Shown: in pieces, positions 28,830 through 38,698 of the stretch
Numbering within the stretch: position 1 is the first letter of the stretch
Layout of the letters: each line of letters starts with the position of its first letter
From: a virus
IMG/VR virus record: IMGVR_UViG_3300028859_000013
Location: 1 to 64,000 of that record
DNA: 64,000 nucleotides
Strand: one strand, 5' to 3'
The notes under the pieces: model-generated
Told to the model about the DNA's origin: nothing
The model's input: only the letters and a program-made list of their open reading frames with translations
Database searches by the model: none
Position numbers and translations under genes: made by a program

Positions 28830-29549
28830 ATGGCAGATACAACAAACACAAATATGGAACGACATTATTTCGTTCACATTTTGGACAATCCTGATCAATT
28901 TTCAAAAGTAGATCCTTTTTTCTTTAGAAATTCGGATATTCAATTCATTTATACTGTAATAAGAGAAGAATATATTAAAAGCGATAGTCATACAGTACCA
29001 AGCATTAAGCAAATCTATTCAATGGTTAAATTGGCTGATTCAGATAATAAAGTAAATGATAAAGTAATAAAAATGCTTCTTCAATCTGATAATAGCGAGT
29101 TTAGCCCTGAATGGTTATTACCAATGTTCAAAGGTTGGAAAATTCAAAACCAATTAAAAGGCGATGTACTAAAAAGTATTGATATGGTCCGAGGTATAGA
29201 AGATGTAAATTATGATAATGCTCTCGAAATTGCCCAAAAAATGAAAGGTATGTTTGGTAACGTACTTTTAGTTGATGATGATGATAACGATTTAGGATCT
29301 GATTTTGATGACCCTGAATCTCATAAACAAATGATTTCTAAAAATTGTATACCTTCAGGATGGCCATGTATAGATAATATTTTAGGAGGAGGATGGAGTA
29401 AATCAACGTTAAATGTTATTATGGGGGAAACTAATGTTGGTAAATGCTCTCATTATCAGACATTTATAAAAATTAGAAATAAAAAAACAGGAAAAATAGA
29501 AGAAATTAGTATAGGGGATTTTTATGATTCAATTAAAAATAAAATATAA
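28830..29549 (+). CDS. dnaB: gp41/DnaB replicative helicase N-terminal fragment fused to split-intein IntN
   Basis: IPSGW..ID..LGGG.....LNVIMGETNVGK, directly followed by Cys and a 34-aa intein block-A peptide, then stop. Confidence 0.9.
   Translation: MADTTNTNMERHYFVHILDNPDQFSKVDPFFFRNSDIQFIYTVIREEYIKSDSHTVPSIKQIYSMVKLADSDNKVNDKVIKMLLQSDNSEFSPEWLLPMFKGWKIQNQLKGDVLKSIDMVRGIEDVNYDNALEIAQKMKGMFGNVLLVDDDDNDLGSDFDDPESHKQMISKNCIPSGWPCIDNILGGGWSKSTLNVIMGETNVGKCSHYQTFIKIRNKKTGKIEEISIGDFYDSIKNKI
29445..29546 (+). mobile_element. Split intein, N-fragment (34 aa)
   Basis: CSHYQTFIKIRNKKTGKIEEISIGDFYDSIKNKI, beginning at Cys immediately after Walker A GK. Confidence 0.85.
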
Positions 29550-29551
29550 AA

Positions 29552-30665
29552 ATGAAATGTGAAATATGCGGAAAAGAATTTGATACTACTAAAGGTTTGT
29601 CTATTCATTTAACGAAATATCATAACGAAATAATTAAAAAAGAATATTATGATGAATATTTAAAAGATGAAAATGAAGGTATTTGTTATTTCTGCGGAGA
29701 AGAAGCAATTTTTAAAAATATTACAAATGGATATCATAGAATATGTAATTCTAAAATATGTTTAGGTAAAACTAGAGCAACAGCTACATATGAATTTTTA
29801 ATGTATAAATATAATTTATCTGAAATAGATTCAATCAAATTATTAAATAGTAGAATTAAAGATAATAGTATAAAAACTAAAAATGGATTACAAAAAAGTT
29901 TTGAAAAAAACGAAAATTTTTTTAAAGAAAAATCCAGACAATGCGTTGAATATTGGCTAAAAAAAGGATATTCACAAGAAGATTCTGAAATAGAAGTCAA
30001 AAAATCTTTTGATGATATTCATACTAAAACATGGAAAAAACGTAGAGAAAATCCAGAATTATATCAAGATGTTAATACTACTCAAATAGGATATTGGTTA
30101 AAAAAAGGATATTCACAAGAAGAATCAGAATATAAAATAAAAGAGAGACAGAAAACATTTACAATTGAAAAATGTATTCAAAAATATGGTAAATCTGAAG
30201 GATTGAATATTTGGACTGAAAGACAAAAAAATTGGAGTGAAAAAATTGAAATTATGTATAAAGATGGACTTTTCGTAAAATTTAGAAAAGAACCATATTC
30301 TAATAGTGAAATAGAATTATTTTCTGAAGTTTCTAAAAATTTTGATAAATTTTATTTTGGTGATAATCAATTTTATAGATATATTAAAGATATAGGTAAA
30401 ACATTTGCATATGATTTTGTTTGTAAAAAAAAAGGTTATAGAATTTAATGGTGATTATTGGCATTGCAATCCTTTAATTTATAAAGAAGATTTTTTTAAT
30501 AAAAGTAAACAAATGTTTGCAAAAGATATATGGAATTATGATAAAATTAAAATAGATTCAATTGAAAAACTTGGTTATAAAGCATTAATAATTTGGGAAT
30601 ATGATTACAATAATAATAAACAAAAAGTTGTACAGCAATGTATAGATTTTATAAAAAATGATTAA
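29552..30665 (+). CDS. Vsr/DUF559-like free-standing homing endonuclease, broken by a +1 frameshift at an A9 run (30425-30433)
   Basis: ORF 29552-30448 (C2H2 finger, YWLKKGYS repeats, ...FAYDFVCKKK) continues in ORF 30405-30665 (KKVIEFNGDYWH...IIWE). Removing one A joins them. Confidence 0.8.
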
Positions 30666-30933
30666 TATGAGTGATTTTGAAAAGTATATAATAGAATTTA
30701 TAGAAGAAAATGTAGGTGAATATGATGAAATACATATATCAAAATATTTATCTGATAAAATAGAACAATTTGATAATTTTGAAATATATGATGGAGAACA
30801 ATCAATTGTTGGAGATACATATATTGGTAATTTAATATTAACTGATAAAATAATTGAAGTGTTTTATAATATTTTATATGATAATGATGATATAGAATTT
30901 AAACAAAAGGAAGAAGTTGAATATGATAAGTGA
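30658..30933 (+). CDS. Small acidic hypothetical protein inside the fractured helicase locus
   Basis: 91-aa ORF overlapping both neighbours. Confidence 0.65.
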   Translation: MINMSDFEKYIIEFIEENVGEYDEIHISKYLSDKIEQFDNFEIYDGEQSIVGDTYIGNLILTDKIIEVFYNILYDNDDIEFKQKEEVEYDK

Positions 30934-31285
30934 TAATATATATAAAAAATTTGTAGAAACATTTGATGTAGAAGATTGGGAAATTGAAACTGATAATGGT
31001 TGGTCTGATATTAAAGAAATTGGTAAGACTATAGAATATGTTGAGTGGGTATTAAAAACATCGGATGATTTTAGTTTGATATGCGCAGATACTCATATTG
31101 TTTTTGATGAAAATTTCAATGAAGTTTTTGTTAAATATTTGAAAATTGGAGATAAAATAATAACAAAAAATGGTATAAGTGATGTGACAGAAGTTTATGA
31201 AACAGAAAAATCATCTAATATGTATGATTTATCATTATCTGATGATAATCATAGATTTTATTCAGATGGAATTTTATCCCACAAT
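30917..31285 (+). mobile_element. Split intein, C-fragment (up to 123 aa)
   Basis: Block B LICADTH, LKIGD, block F MYDLSL..NHRFY, block G HN followed by +1 Ser (31286). Confidence 0.9.
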
Positions 31286-32011
31286 TCAATGTGGTTACAT
31301 AATATAGCTACTAATGCAGCAAACGCTGGTACTAATGTATTACTTATTACATTAGAGATGGCTACAAGAAAAGTAATGAAGAGATTAGGTTCTATGAGAC
31401 TTAAAATTAAATCTGATGAGTATGATGAAAAATCAAAAGATCCAGTTTTCATGAAACAAAAATTAAATAATCTTAAATCACAATCAACTGTTGGTAATTT
31501 ATTCGATGCTCAACCAGGTAAAATATTTGTTAAAAAATATAATACCAGTGATTGTACTGTTACTGATATTGATAATTATATTAAAAAATTCGAAGAAGTT
31601 AAAAGAATTAAAGTTGGAATGGTAATCGTAGATTATATAAATATTATGTCAATTGAAAAAGGCTATGATATTACTAATATGCTTTACCTAAAAGGTAAAC
31701 ATTTAGCTGAAGGATTAAGACGTGTAGCAGATAAGTATGAATGTGCAGTTATAACTGCAACTCAAACCGATAAGAGCGTTTGGGGTGCTTCTGATATTAC
31801 ACTTAATGCTATTCCTGAAAGTAAAGCGATAGCAGATACATCTGATTCAGTCTGGGGGATCATAAGAAATCCCGAAATGAAAAGAAATAATAGTTATAGA
31901 TTAAAAATATTAAAGTTAAGAGATGGTGAACATCATGAAGAACAAGTTAGATTTGATTTTAATACAAATTTTTTAACTATGGAGAATGATGTTTTAGTAG
32001 GAGTTAAATAA
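30917..32011 (+). CDS. dnaB: Split-intein IntC fused to gp41/DnaB helicase C-terminal fragment
   Basis: Intein ends ...GILSHN, then S-MWLHNIA, ITLEM, VIVDYIN, TATQ, ESKAI..T.D and K.RDG helicase motifs. Confidence 0.9.
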   Translation: MNMISDNIYKKFVETFDVEDWEIETDNGWSDIKEIGKTIEYVEWVLKTSDDFSLICADTHIVFDENFNEVFVKYLKIGDKIITKNGISDVTEVYETEKSSNMYDLSLSDDNHRFYSDGILSHNSMWLHNIATNAANAGTNVLLITLEMATRKVMKRLGSMRLKIKSDEYDEKSKDPVFMKQKLNNLKSQSTVGNLFDAQPGKIFVKKYNTSDCTVTDIDNYIKKFEEVKRIKVGMVIVDYINIMSIEKGYDITNMLYLKGKHLAEGLRRVADKYECAVITATQTDKSVWGASDITLNAIPESKAIADTSDSVWGIIRNPEMKRNNSYRLKILKLRDGEHHEEQVRFDFNTNFLTMENDVLVGVK

Positions 32012-32017
32012 TAAAAA

Positions 32018-32896
32018 ATGGGAAAAAGATTAACTAATGATATATTTATAGAAAGATCAAATATAATTCATAATAATTTTTATAGTTATCCAAATACTAA
32101 TTATATAAATAATGATTGTTATGTGAAAATTGTATGTCCTAAACATGGAGAATTTATTCAAAATGCTAAATCTCATTTGGATGGACATGGATGCTCGGAA
32201 TGTGGAAATAATCATTTTACTACAATTAATTATATAGAAAAAGTTAATATTATTCATAATTTTAAATATAAATATGATAAAACTATTTTTATTAATTATA
32301 GTAGCGATATTATTATTTATTGTGATAGACATGGATATTTTTCACAAAATACTAAACTACATTTAAATGGCCATGGATGTCCAAAATGTGCAAATAATGT
32401 TTATACTAAAAAAGAAATATTAGAAAAAGCTAATAATATACATAATTTTAAATATAAGTATGATGATTTTGAGTTAGATAAAAGAATGAATGAAACTATT
32501 TTAACTATTTATTGCAAAAAACATGGTAAATTTAATCAAAGATTGAACAATCATATACATCAAGCTAATGGCTGCCCGCTGTGTAGTGAATCTAAAGGTG
32601 AGATTGAAATTGAAAATATATTAATTGATAAATTTATTAAACACGAAAGACAAAAAAAATTTGAAAAATGTAAAAATAATAAAAAATTACCTTTTGATTT
32701 TTATCTAATAGATTATAATATATGTATAGAATATGATGGTATACAGCATTATAGTCCAATATATGGAGAAGATAATTTAATTAAAACAAATAAAAATGAT
32801 AATATTAAAAATGAATTTTGCTTAAATAATAATATAAGATTAATAAGAATAAAATATGATGAGAATATCATTGAGAAATTAGAATTTCTCAAATAA
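32018..32896 (+). CDS. Putative homing endonuclease (C.x.HG.F.Q...H..G.GC..C repeats plus PD-(D/E)xK domain)
   Basis: Three Zn-binding repeats. SKGE, LPFDFYL and IEYDGIQH motifs. Confidence 0.8.
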   Translation: MGKRLTNDIFIERSNIIHNNFYSYPNTNYINNDCYVKIVCPKHGEFIQNAKSHLDGHGCSECGNNHFTTINYIEKVNIIHNFKYKYDKTIFINYSSDIIIYCDRHGYFSQNTKLHLNGHGCPKCANNVYTKKEILEKANNIHNFKYKYDDFELDKRMNETILTIYCKKHGKFNQRLNNHIHQANGCPLCSESKGEIEIENILIDKFIKHERQKKFEKCKNNKKLPFDFYLIDYNICIEYDGIQHYSPIYGEDNLIKTNKNDNIKNEFCLNNNIRLIRIKYDENIIEKLEFLK

Positions 32897-32917
32897 AAAT
32901 CAATTAATAATTAATAA

Positions 32918-33625
32918 ATGAAAAATGATGAAGAAATAAATGACGATTTGAATGAAGATTTGGATAACGATTTAGATTTGGAAGAAGATTTAGAAGAAGA
33001 TTTGAATCTATTAGATGAAAATTTAGATGACTCGTCTGAAGAAGATGCATTAGTATCTGATGAATCTATTGATGAAGATGATGAAGATGATGAAGATAAT
33101 GAAATAGATATAATGGTTAAATTCAATACAAATAATCATAAAATTGAAGGTAAACATGCATTATCTAGAGATACAATATTTAAAGGTAAAGTTGAAGATA
33201 ATGTAGATCAGCAAGAATATGATTATAATATTAATCAACAAGAAGATTTTAATTTAAATGATGGATTGCCGATAGAAGCTGGATCATCGTATGAATTTGA
33301 AAGTAAACATTATGAAGATTACGTAGATAGATTAAATTTGCAAAGAGATATTTATGATTTATTAAGTGAGAAAACAGATTTGGATTTTTCTTCAAATAGA
33401 AGAAAACCAAATAAGCAAGCATTTAACGATTATTATAGAATGTTATTAAATAATATTGGAAAAGAATATAGTAAATCTGAAATATTTGTAGAACTTTCTT
33501 ATTATTTCACAGACAACATCTTCAATATGTTTAAATTATTAGATAAAGAATATGCAACACGTATAATAGTAGAATTAAAACAGCGTGGTCATTTAACAAA
33601 TTTAAACAATATAAATTTTATATGA
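32918..33625 (+). CDS. Hypothetical protein with long acidic N-terminus
   Basis: 235-aa ORF, first ~65 aa D/E-rich. Confidence 0.75.
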   Translation: MKNDEEINDDLNEDLDNDLDLEEDLEEDLNLLDENLDDSSEEDALVSDESIDEDDEDDEDNEIDIMVKFNTNNHKIEGKHALSRDTIFKGKVEDNVDQQEYDYNINQQEDFNLNDGLPIEAGSSYEFESKHYEDYVDRLNLQRDIYDLLSEKTDLDFSSNRRKPNKQAFNDYYRMLLNNIGKEYSKSEIFVELSYYFTDNIFNMFKLLDKEYATRIIVELKQRGHLTNLNNINFI

Positions 33626-34491
33626 GCAAAGTAAAAAATGTAGATGATTATATAAAAGAAGTTTCAATAATACATAATTATTATTATGATTATAGTTTAG
33701 TTTTATATATTAATGCTCATACTAAAATAAAAATTATTTGTCCAATACATGGAATATTTGAACAAGAACCTCTTAATCATAAGAGATATGGTTGTAAAAA
33801 ATGTGGTAAATTATTAGATGAAAAAGTTGTATTAAATAGATGTACTAAAATACATGGAGATAGATATGATTATTCTAAATTTAAATATATTGGTATGTAT
33901 AATAATTCTACTATAATATGTAAAATTCATGGTGAATTTGAACAACAAGTGATTAATCATTTAGCAGGTAAAGGTTGTCAAAAATGTGCACCAAATTATA
34001 AAAAAGATAAAAAAACGATTTTAAATAAATTAAATAAAGTTCATAATAATAAATATGATTATTCATTGTCTATTTTTAATAGAACAAAGGATATAATAAA
34101 AATAATATGTCCTTTACATGGAGAATTTGAACAAATATTAAATAATCATTTAAGAGGAAATGGTTGTCCTTTATGTGATGAAAGTAAAGGAGAAAGAGCG
34201 GTAGAAAGTTATCTAATAGAGCATGATATTATTTTTGAAAGACAAAAAAAATTTGAAGGTTGTATGAATAAAAGATTATTATCTTTTGATTTTTATTTAC
34301 CTGATTATAATTTATGTATAGAATTCGATGGTGCTCAGCATTTTATAGAAGTTCTTAATTGGGGTAATCTTGAATATACTAAAGAAAATGATGAAATTAA
34401 AAATATTTTTTGTTTAAATAATAATATTGATTTATATAGAATATCATATAAAGATAATATACTTGGTAGATTAAATGCCAAATTTAAATAA
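33622..34491 (+). CDS. Putative homing endonuclease, paralog of 32018-32896
   Basis: Same repeats. SKGE, FDFYL and IEFDGAQH motifs. Confidence 0.8.
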   Translation: MSKVKNVDDYIKEVSIIHNYYYDYSLVLYINAHTKIKIICPIHGIFEQEPLNHKRYGCKKCGKLLDEKVVLNRCTKIHGDRYDYSKFKYIGMYNNSTIICKIHGEFEQQVINHLAGKGCQKCAPNYKKDKKTILNKLNKVHNNKYDYSLSIFNRTKDIIKIICPLHGEFEQILNNHLRGNGCPLCDESKGERAVESYLIEHDIIFERQKKFEGCMNKRLLSFDFYLPDYNLCIEFDGAQHFIEVLNWGNLEYTKENDEIKNIFCLNNNIDLYRISYKDNILGRLNAKFK

Positions 34492-34568
34492 TATAAAAAT
34501 ATCAAAAACTAATATAAAAATATCTACTAATATAGTAGATTAATAATTATAAAATAAAATAGAATAGA

Positions 34569-37127
34569 ATGAGTTTTAAAAGAGAAGAAGCGTTTGATGC
34601 AGCATTAAAATATTTCAAAGGAGATACATTAGCTGCTGATGTTTGGGTTAATAAGTATGCATTAAAAGAAACGGTAGATAATGAAACAGTTTATTATGAG
34701 TTGACTCCTGATGATATGCATAGAAGATTAGCTAAAGAAATATATAGAATTGAATTAAAATATGAAAATCCGTTATCAGAAGATTTTATATTTGATTTGA
34801 TAAAAGATTTTAAATATATTATACCTCAGGGCTCTCCAATGTCAGGGATAGGTAATGATAATCAAGTAGTGTCCATATCAAATTGTTTTGTTATTGGTAA
34901 TCCTTCTGATTCTTATGGATCAATTATGCAAGTAGATGAAGAACAAATTCAATTAATGAAAAGGCGTGGAGGAGTTGGACATGATCTTTCACATATTAGG
35001 CCAGCAGGAATGCCTGTTAAAAATTCTGCATTAACTTCAACAGGTTTAGTTCCTTTTATGAGTAGATATTCAAATTCAACAAATGAAGTTGCTCAAGGAG
35101 GAAGAAGGGGTGCGTTGATGTTATCTTGTTCTGTTCTTCATCCTGATTCTGAATCATTTATTGATGCTAAATTAGAGCAAGGAAAAGTAACAGGAGCGAA
35201 TATATCAATAAAATTAACGGATGAATTTATGGAAGCAGCTATGAATTCTGGAATGTTTACTCAATTATATCCAATTGATTCTGAAACTCCATTAATTACA
35301 AAACAAATAGATGCAAATAAACTTTGGAAAAAAATTATACATAATGCATGGAAATCAGCAGAACCTGGTATATTATTTTGGGATACTGTAATGAGAGAAT
35401 CTGTCGCAGATTGCTATCAAGAATATGGATATAAAACTGTATCAACAAACCCTTGTGGAGAGTTGCCATTATGCCCATATGATTCTTGTAGATTATTAGC
35501 AATAAATCTTTATAGTTATGTTATAAATCCTTTTACTAAAGATGCATATTTCGATTGGAAATTATTTAAAGAACATACAATTTATGCTGAAAGATTTATG
35601 GATGATATTGTTGATTTGGAATCTGAAAAAATAGATAAAATTCTAGAAAAAATTGAATCTGATCCAGAAAACGAGAATACAAAAATGGTTGAAAAAGAAA
35701 CATGGGTCAAAATAAAAAATATGACTATTAAAGGGCGTAGAACAGGATTAGGTGTGACTGCTGAAGGTGATATGTTAGCTGCTCTTGGTATGACTTATGG
35801 AACAACAGAAGCAACTGATTTTTCAACAGAAGTTCATAAAAATTTAGCTGTATATGCTTATAAATCATCTGCTATTATGGCAAAAGAAAGAGGAGCATTT
35901 TCTGTTTATAATTATAATAATGAGATAAATAATCCATTTGTTCAGAGATTGAAAGATATTGATCCTGAATTAGATACTATGATGAAAGAATATGGTAGAA
36001 GAAATATAGCATTGTTGACGATTGCGCCTACTGGTAGTGTAAGCATTTTATCTCAAACTACATCAGGTGTTGAACCTGCATATAAAGTATCATATAAGAG
36101 AAGAAGGAAGATAAATCCAAGTGATAAAAATGGTAGAGTAGACTTCATAGATGCAGAAGGACAAAAATGGGAAGAATATTACGTATTTCATAAGAAATTT
36201 GAAGTATGGTTGGAAATAAATGGATATAATGTAGATGAAGTTAAATTAATGAAAGATGTAGATTTAAATCCAATTATTGAAAAATCACCATATTATAAAG
36301 CAACTGCTAATGATGTTAATTGGGTAGAAAAAGTAAAAATGCAAGGTAGTATTCAAAAATTTATTGATCATTCTATTTCAGTAACAGTAAATTTACCAAA
36401 TAATGTAACAGAAGAACTTGTTTCAAAAGTTTATGAAACAGGATGGAAAAGTGGATGTAAAGGAATCACTGTTTATCGTGATGGATCTAGAGAAGGAGTT
36501 ATCATGTCAAATGAAGGTACTACTCAAAATGTTGTATTAGAATCAGGTGAAAATAATGCAAAAAAACGTCCAAAAAAACTTGAATGCGATGTTGTTAGAT
36601 TTACAAATAAAGGTGAGAAATGGATTGGATTTTTAGGATTGAATGTAGATGATAAAGGTGAAAAATATCCTTATGAATTATTTACTGGTTTGGCTGAATC
36701 ATTTCTTATTCCTGTTAGTGTAGAAAAAGGAGAAATTGTTAGATTTAAAACTGAACCAAAAAATGGTGAAGAAGGTAAGAGTAGATATGACTTTGTTTAT
36801 AAAGATAAAGATGGATATAATGTGACTATGGAAGGATTAAATAGAGCTTTTAATAGAGAACTATGGAATACAAGTAAATTATTATCAGCTTTCTTAAGAC
36901 ATAGAATTCACTTACCAAGTGTTATTCACCTTATCGATACTTTACAAATGACAGACAATGCAGCTTTTGGTACATGGAAAAGTGGAGTGAAACGAATTAT
37001 TAAGAAATATATAAATTCTGCTGTGGTTGGAGAAAAATGTCCAAATTGCGGAGCAACTGGAGATGACTTGGTTTATGAGAATGGATGTCGGACATGCAGA
37101 AAATGTGGATATTCGCGCTGTGACTAG
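34569..37127 (+). CDS. nrdJ: Class II (adenosylcobalamin-dependent) ribonucleotide reductase
   Basis: PQGSPM, SNCFV, GGRRGALM, EPG, TNPCGE, GRRTGLG, TIAPTG, DHSIS.TVN and KGITVYRDG motifs, plus C-terminal CPNC...GC..C..CGYS.C. Confidence 0.95.
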   Translation: MSFKREEAFDAALKYFKGDTLAADVWVNKYALKETVDNETVYYELTPDDMHRRLAKEIYRIELKYENPLSEDFIFDLIKDFKYIIPQGSPMSGIGNDNQVVSISNCFVIGNPSDSYGSIMQVDEEQIQLMKRRGGVGHDLSHIRPAGMPVKNSALTSTGLVPFMSRYSNSTNEVAQGGRRGALMLSCSVLHPDSESFIDAKLEQGKVTGANISIKLTDEFMEAAMNSGMFTQLYPIDSETPLITKQIDANKLWKKIIHNAWKSAEPGILFWDTVMRESVADCYQEYGYKTVSTNPCGELPLCPYDSCRLLAINLYSYVINPFTKDAYFDWKLFKEHTIYAERFMDDIVDLESEKIDKILEKIESDPENENTKMVEKETWVKIKNMTIKGRRTGLGVTAEGDMLAALGMTYGTTEATDFSTEVHKNLAVYAYKSSAIMAKERGAFSVYNYNNEINNPFVQRLKDIDPELDTMMKEYGRRNIALLTIAPTGSVSILSQTTSGVEPAYKVSYKRRRKINPSDKNGRVDFIDAEGQKWEEYYVFHKKFEVWLEINGYNVDEVKLMKDVDLNPIIEKSPYYKATANDVNWVEKVKMQGSIQKFIDHSISVTVNLPNNVTEELVSKVYETGWKSGCKGITVYRDGSREGVIMSNEGTTQNVVLESGENNAKKRPKKLECDVVRFTNKGEKWIGFLGLNVDDKGEKYPYELFTGLAESFLIPVSVEKGEIVRFKTEPKNGEEGKSRYDFVYKDKDGYNVTMEGLNRAFNRELWNTSKLLSAFLRHRIHLPSVIHLIDTLQMTDNAAFGTWKSGVKRIIKKYINSAVVGEKCPNCGATGDDLVYENGCRTCRKCGYSRCD

Positions 37128-37197
37128 TTAATACAATTAATTTAAAATAAATCCACATATTTCACGGTTATGACTACCATAATTTAATATATAGATT

Positions 37198-38229
37198 ATG
37201 GTAAAATATAAAAAATGTGAAATATGTGGATTAACTTTTCCTTATACTACTGGAAAATTTACAATTCATTTAATGGAAGAACACAATATATCTTTAAAAG
37301 ATTATATTATTAAATATGAATTAGATGGTATAACTCCAAAATGTCAATGTGGTTATTGTGATGATGATGCACCTTTTTATAGAGGTACATTTTTGACTAA
37401 AAGTAGTGAACATAAAAAATATAAATCTTTAAAGGAAGGTTATATAAAAAAATATGGTATACCTAAATGTGTAAATTGTGGAGAAGATGTAAAATGGCAT
37501 AGAGGAATACCAAATATTTATTGCTCACCAAGTTGTTTTCCTTGTCAATGGAATCAAGAGAAAGTTAAACAAACTGTTAAAGAAAGATATGGAGTAGATA
37601 ATGTATCATTTTTAGATGAAGTTAAAGAAAAAATATCAAAATCTAAAAATGAAAAAAATGAAAATGAAAAAAATGAAATTTTAAATAAAATTAAAAAAAC
37701 TTGTTTAGAAAGATATGGTACAGTATCTTTTTTTAGTACTAAATTATTTTATGATAAAAATAAAACAACTATGCTTGAAAGATATGAAGTAGATCATCCT
37801 TCTAAAATGATGAAGAATAGGGAGAGTGCAAGTAAGAGAATGATAGAAAATAATTCAAATTTTGATTTGGATTTTAGAAATTGTTATAACATTAAGAGAT
37901 ATAAAGATACTGATTTGTGTTATCAGAGTTCATATGAAGAAGACTTTTTAGATTTATGTGATAAGTATCAAATACTTAATAAAGTTGAAAATGGACATAC
38001 ATATAAGTTTTTAGAAGAAGATTATTCATATGGATTAAGGACAATTACTGATTTTTGTATTGATGATATGGAGATTGAGATTAAATCATCTTATATATTA
38101 GAGAAACAAGGAGGAGAAGAAGTTATTGATATAAAAAGAAAATCTGTTAAAAGAGCAGGTAAATATTATTTATTAATTTTAGATAAAAATTATTCTGAGT
38201 TTAATAAGTATTTCAAAAAATTATTTTAA
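37198..38229 (+). CDS. Putative free-standing homing endonuclease (Zn fingers, ERYG repeats, PD-(D/E)xK)
   Basis: CEICG, KERYGVDN and CLERYG repeats. QSSYE...TDF...EIK. TTTAATATATA lies 4 nt upstream. Confidence 0.7.
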   Translation: MVKYKKCEICGLTFPYTTGKFTIHLMEEHNISLKDYIIKYELDGITPKCQCGYCDDDAPFYRGTFLTKSSEHKKYKSLKEGYIKKYGIPKCVNCGEDVKWHRGIPNIYCSPSCFPCQWNQEKVKQTVKERYGVDNVSFLDEVKEKISKSKNEKNENEKNEILNKIKKTCLERYGTVSFFSTKLFYDKNKTTMLERYEVDHPSKMMKNRESASKRMIENNSNFDLDFRNCYNIKRYKDTDLCYQSSYEEDFLDLCDKYQILNKVENGHTYKFLEEDYSYGLRTITDFCIDDMEIEIKSSYILEKQGGEEVIDIKRKSVKRAGKYYLLILDKNYSEFNKYFKKLF

Positions 38230-38232
38230 AAT

Positions 38233-38364
38233 ATGAGTAATTTAATATTTAATTTGAGGATTTATAAGTATCATTTTCAAATAACAAAGAAATTAAGAAT
38301 GAGTATTTCTTATAATGAAAGTTATGATTTTCATAAAGATCCGTTCATAAGATTATTCAAATAA
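38233..38364 (+). CDS. Possible 43-aa protein
   Basis: Hand translation MSNLIFNLRIYKYHFQITKKLRMSISYNESYDFHKDPFIRLFK, followed by a terminator. Confidence 0.4.
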   Translation: MSNLIFNLRIYKYHFQITKKLRMSISYNESYDFHKDPFIRLFK

Positions 38365-38393
38365 AAAACTACTAATTTAATTAGTAGTTTTTT
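38363..38393. terminator. Bidirectional terminator
   Basis: AAAAAACTACTAATT-T-AATTAGTAGTTTTTT. Confidence 0.75.
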
Positions 38394-38407
38394 ATTTTGT
38401 GAATTTT

Positions 38408-38635
38408 TTATTCTTCATTATCAATTAACTTACAACCTTCTAAATGACAAAAATCATCTATGTGACAATCATAACAACAAGTTAAATTTGGACAATTACT
38501 TTCCACAATTCTAAACACTTTTTATCCAAGTTCATCGTATAGTTGATTGAATATTTTAGTTAACATTCTTGAATTAGGTTCAGTCAATAATGGACAGTTA
38601 TTGCAATTAGAATCACATACTCTATCATTTTTCAT
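38408..38635 (-). pseudogene. Cys-rich 75-codon ORF interrupted by in-frame TAA (38522-38524)
   Basis: MKNDRVCDSNCNNCPLL...YDELG*KVFRIVESNCPNLTCCYDCHIDDFCHLEGCKLIDNEE. Confidence 0.55.
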
Positions 38636-38653
38636 AAATTTTACTTTTTAAAT

Positions 38654-38686
38654 AAAAAAAGTCACTCAATTTGAGTGACTTTTTTT
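38654..38686 (-). terminator. Terminator after the AAA ATPase
   Basis: AAAAAAAGTCACTCAA-T-TTGAGTGACTTTTTTT. Confidence 0.8.
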
Positions 38687-38698
38687 ATTAATTATTAA

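Noticed and set aside
28830-32011. Group I intron or simple pseudogene explanation for the broken helicase
   Set aside because: Both junctions carry intein splice residues (Cys start, His-Asn|Ser end) and each half has its own start and stop. No intron core was recognised.
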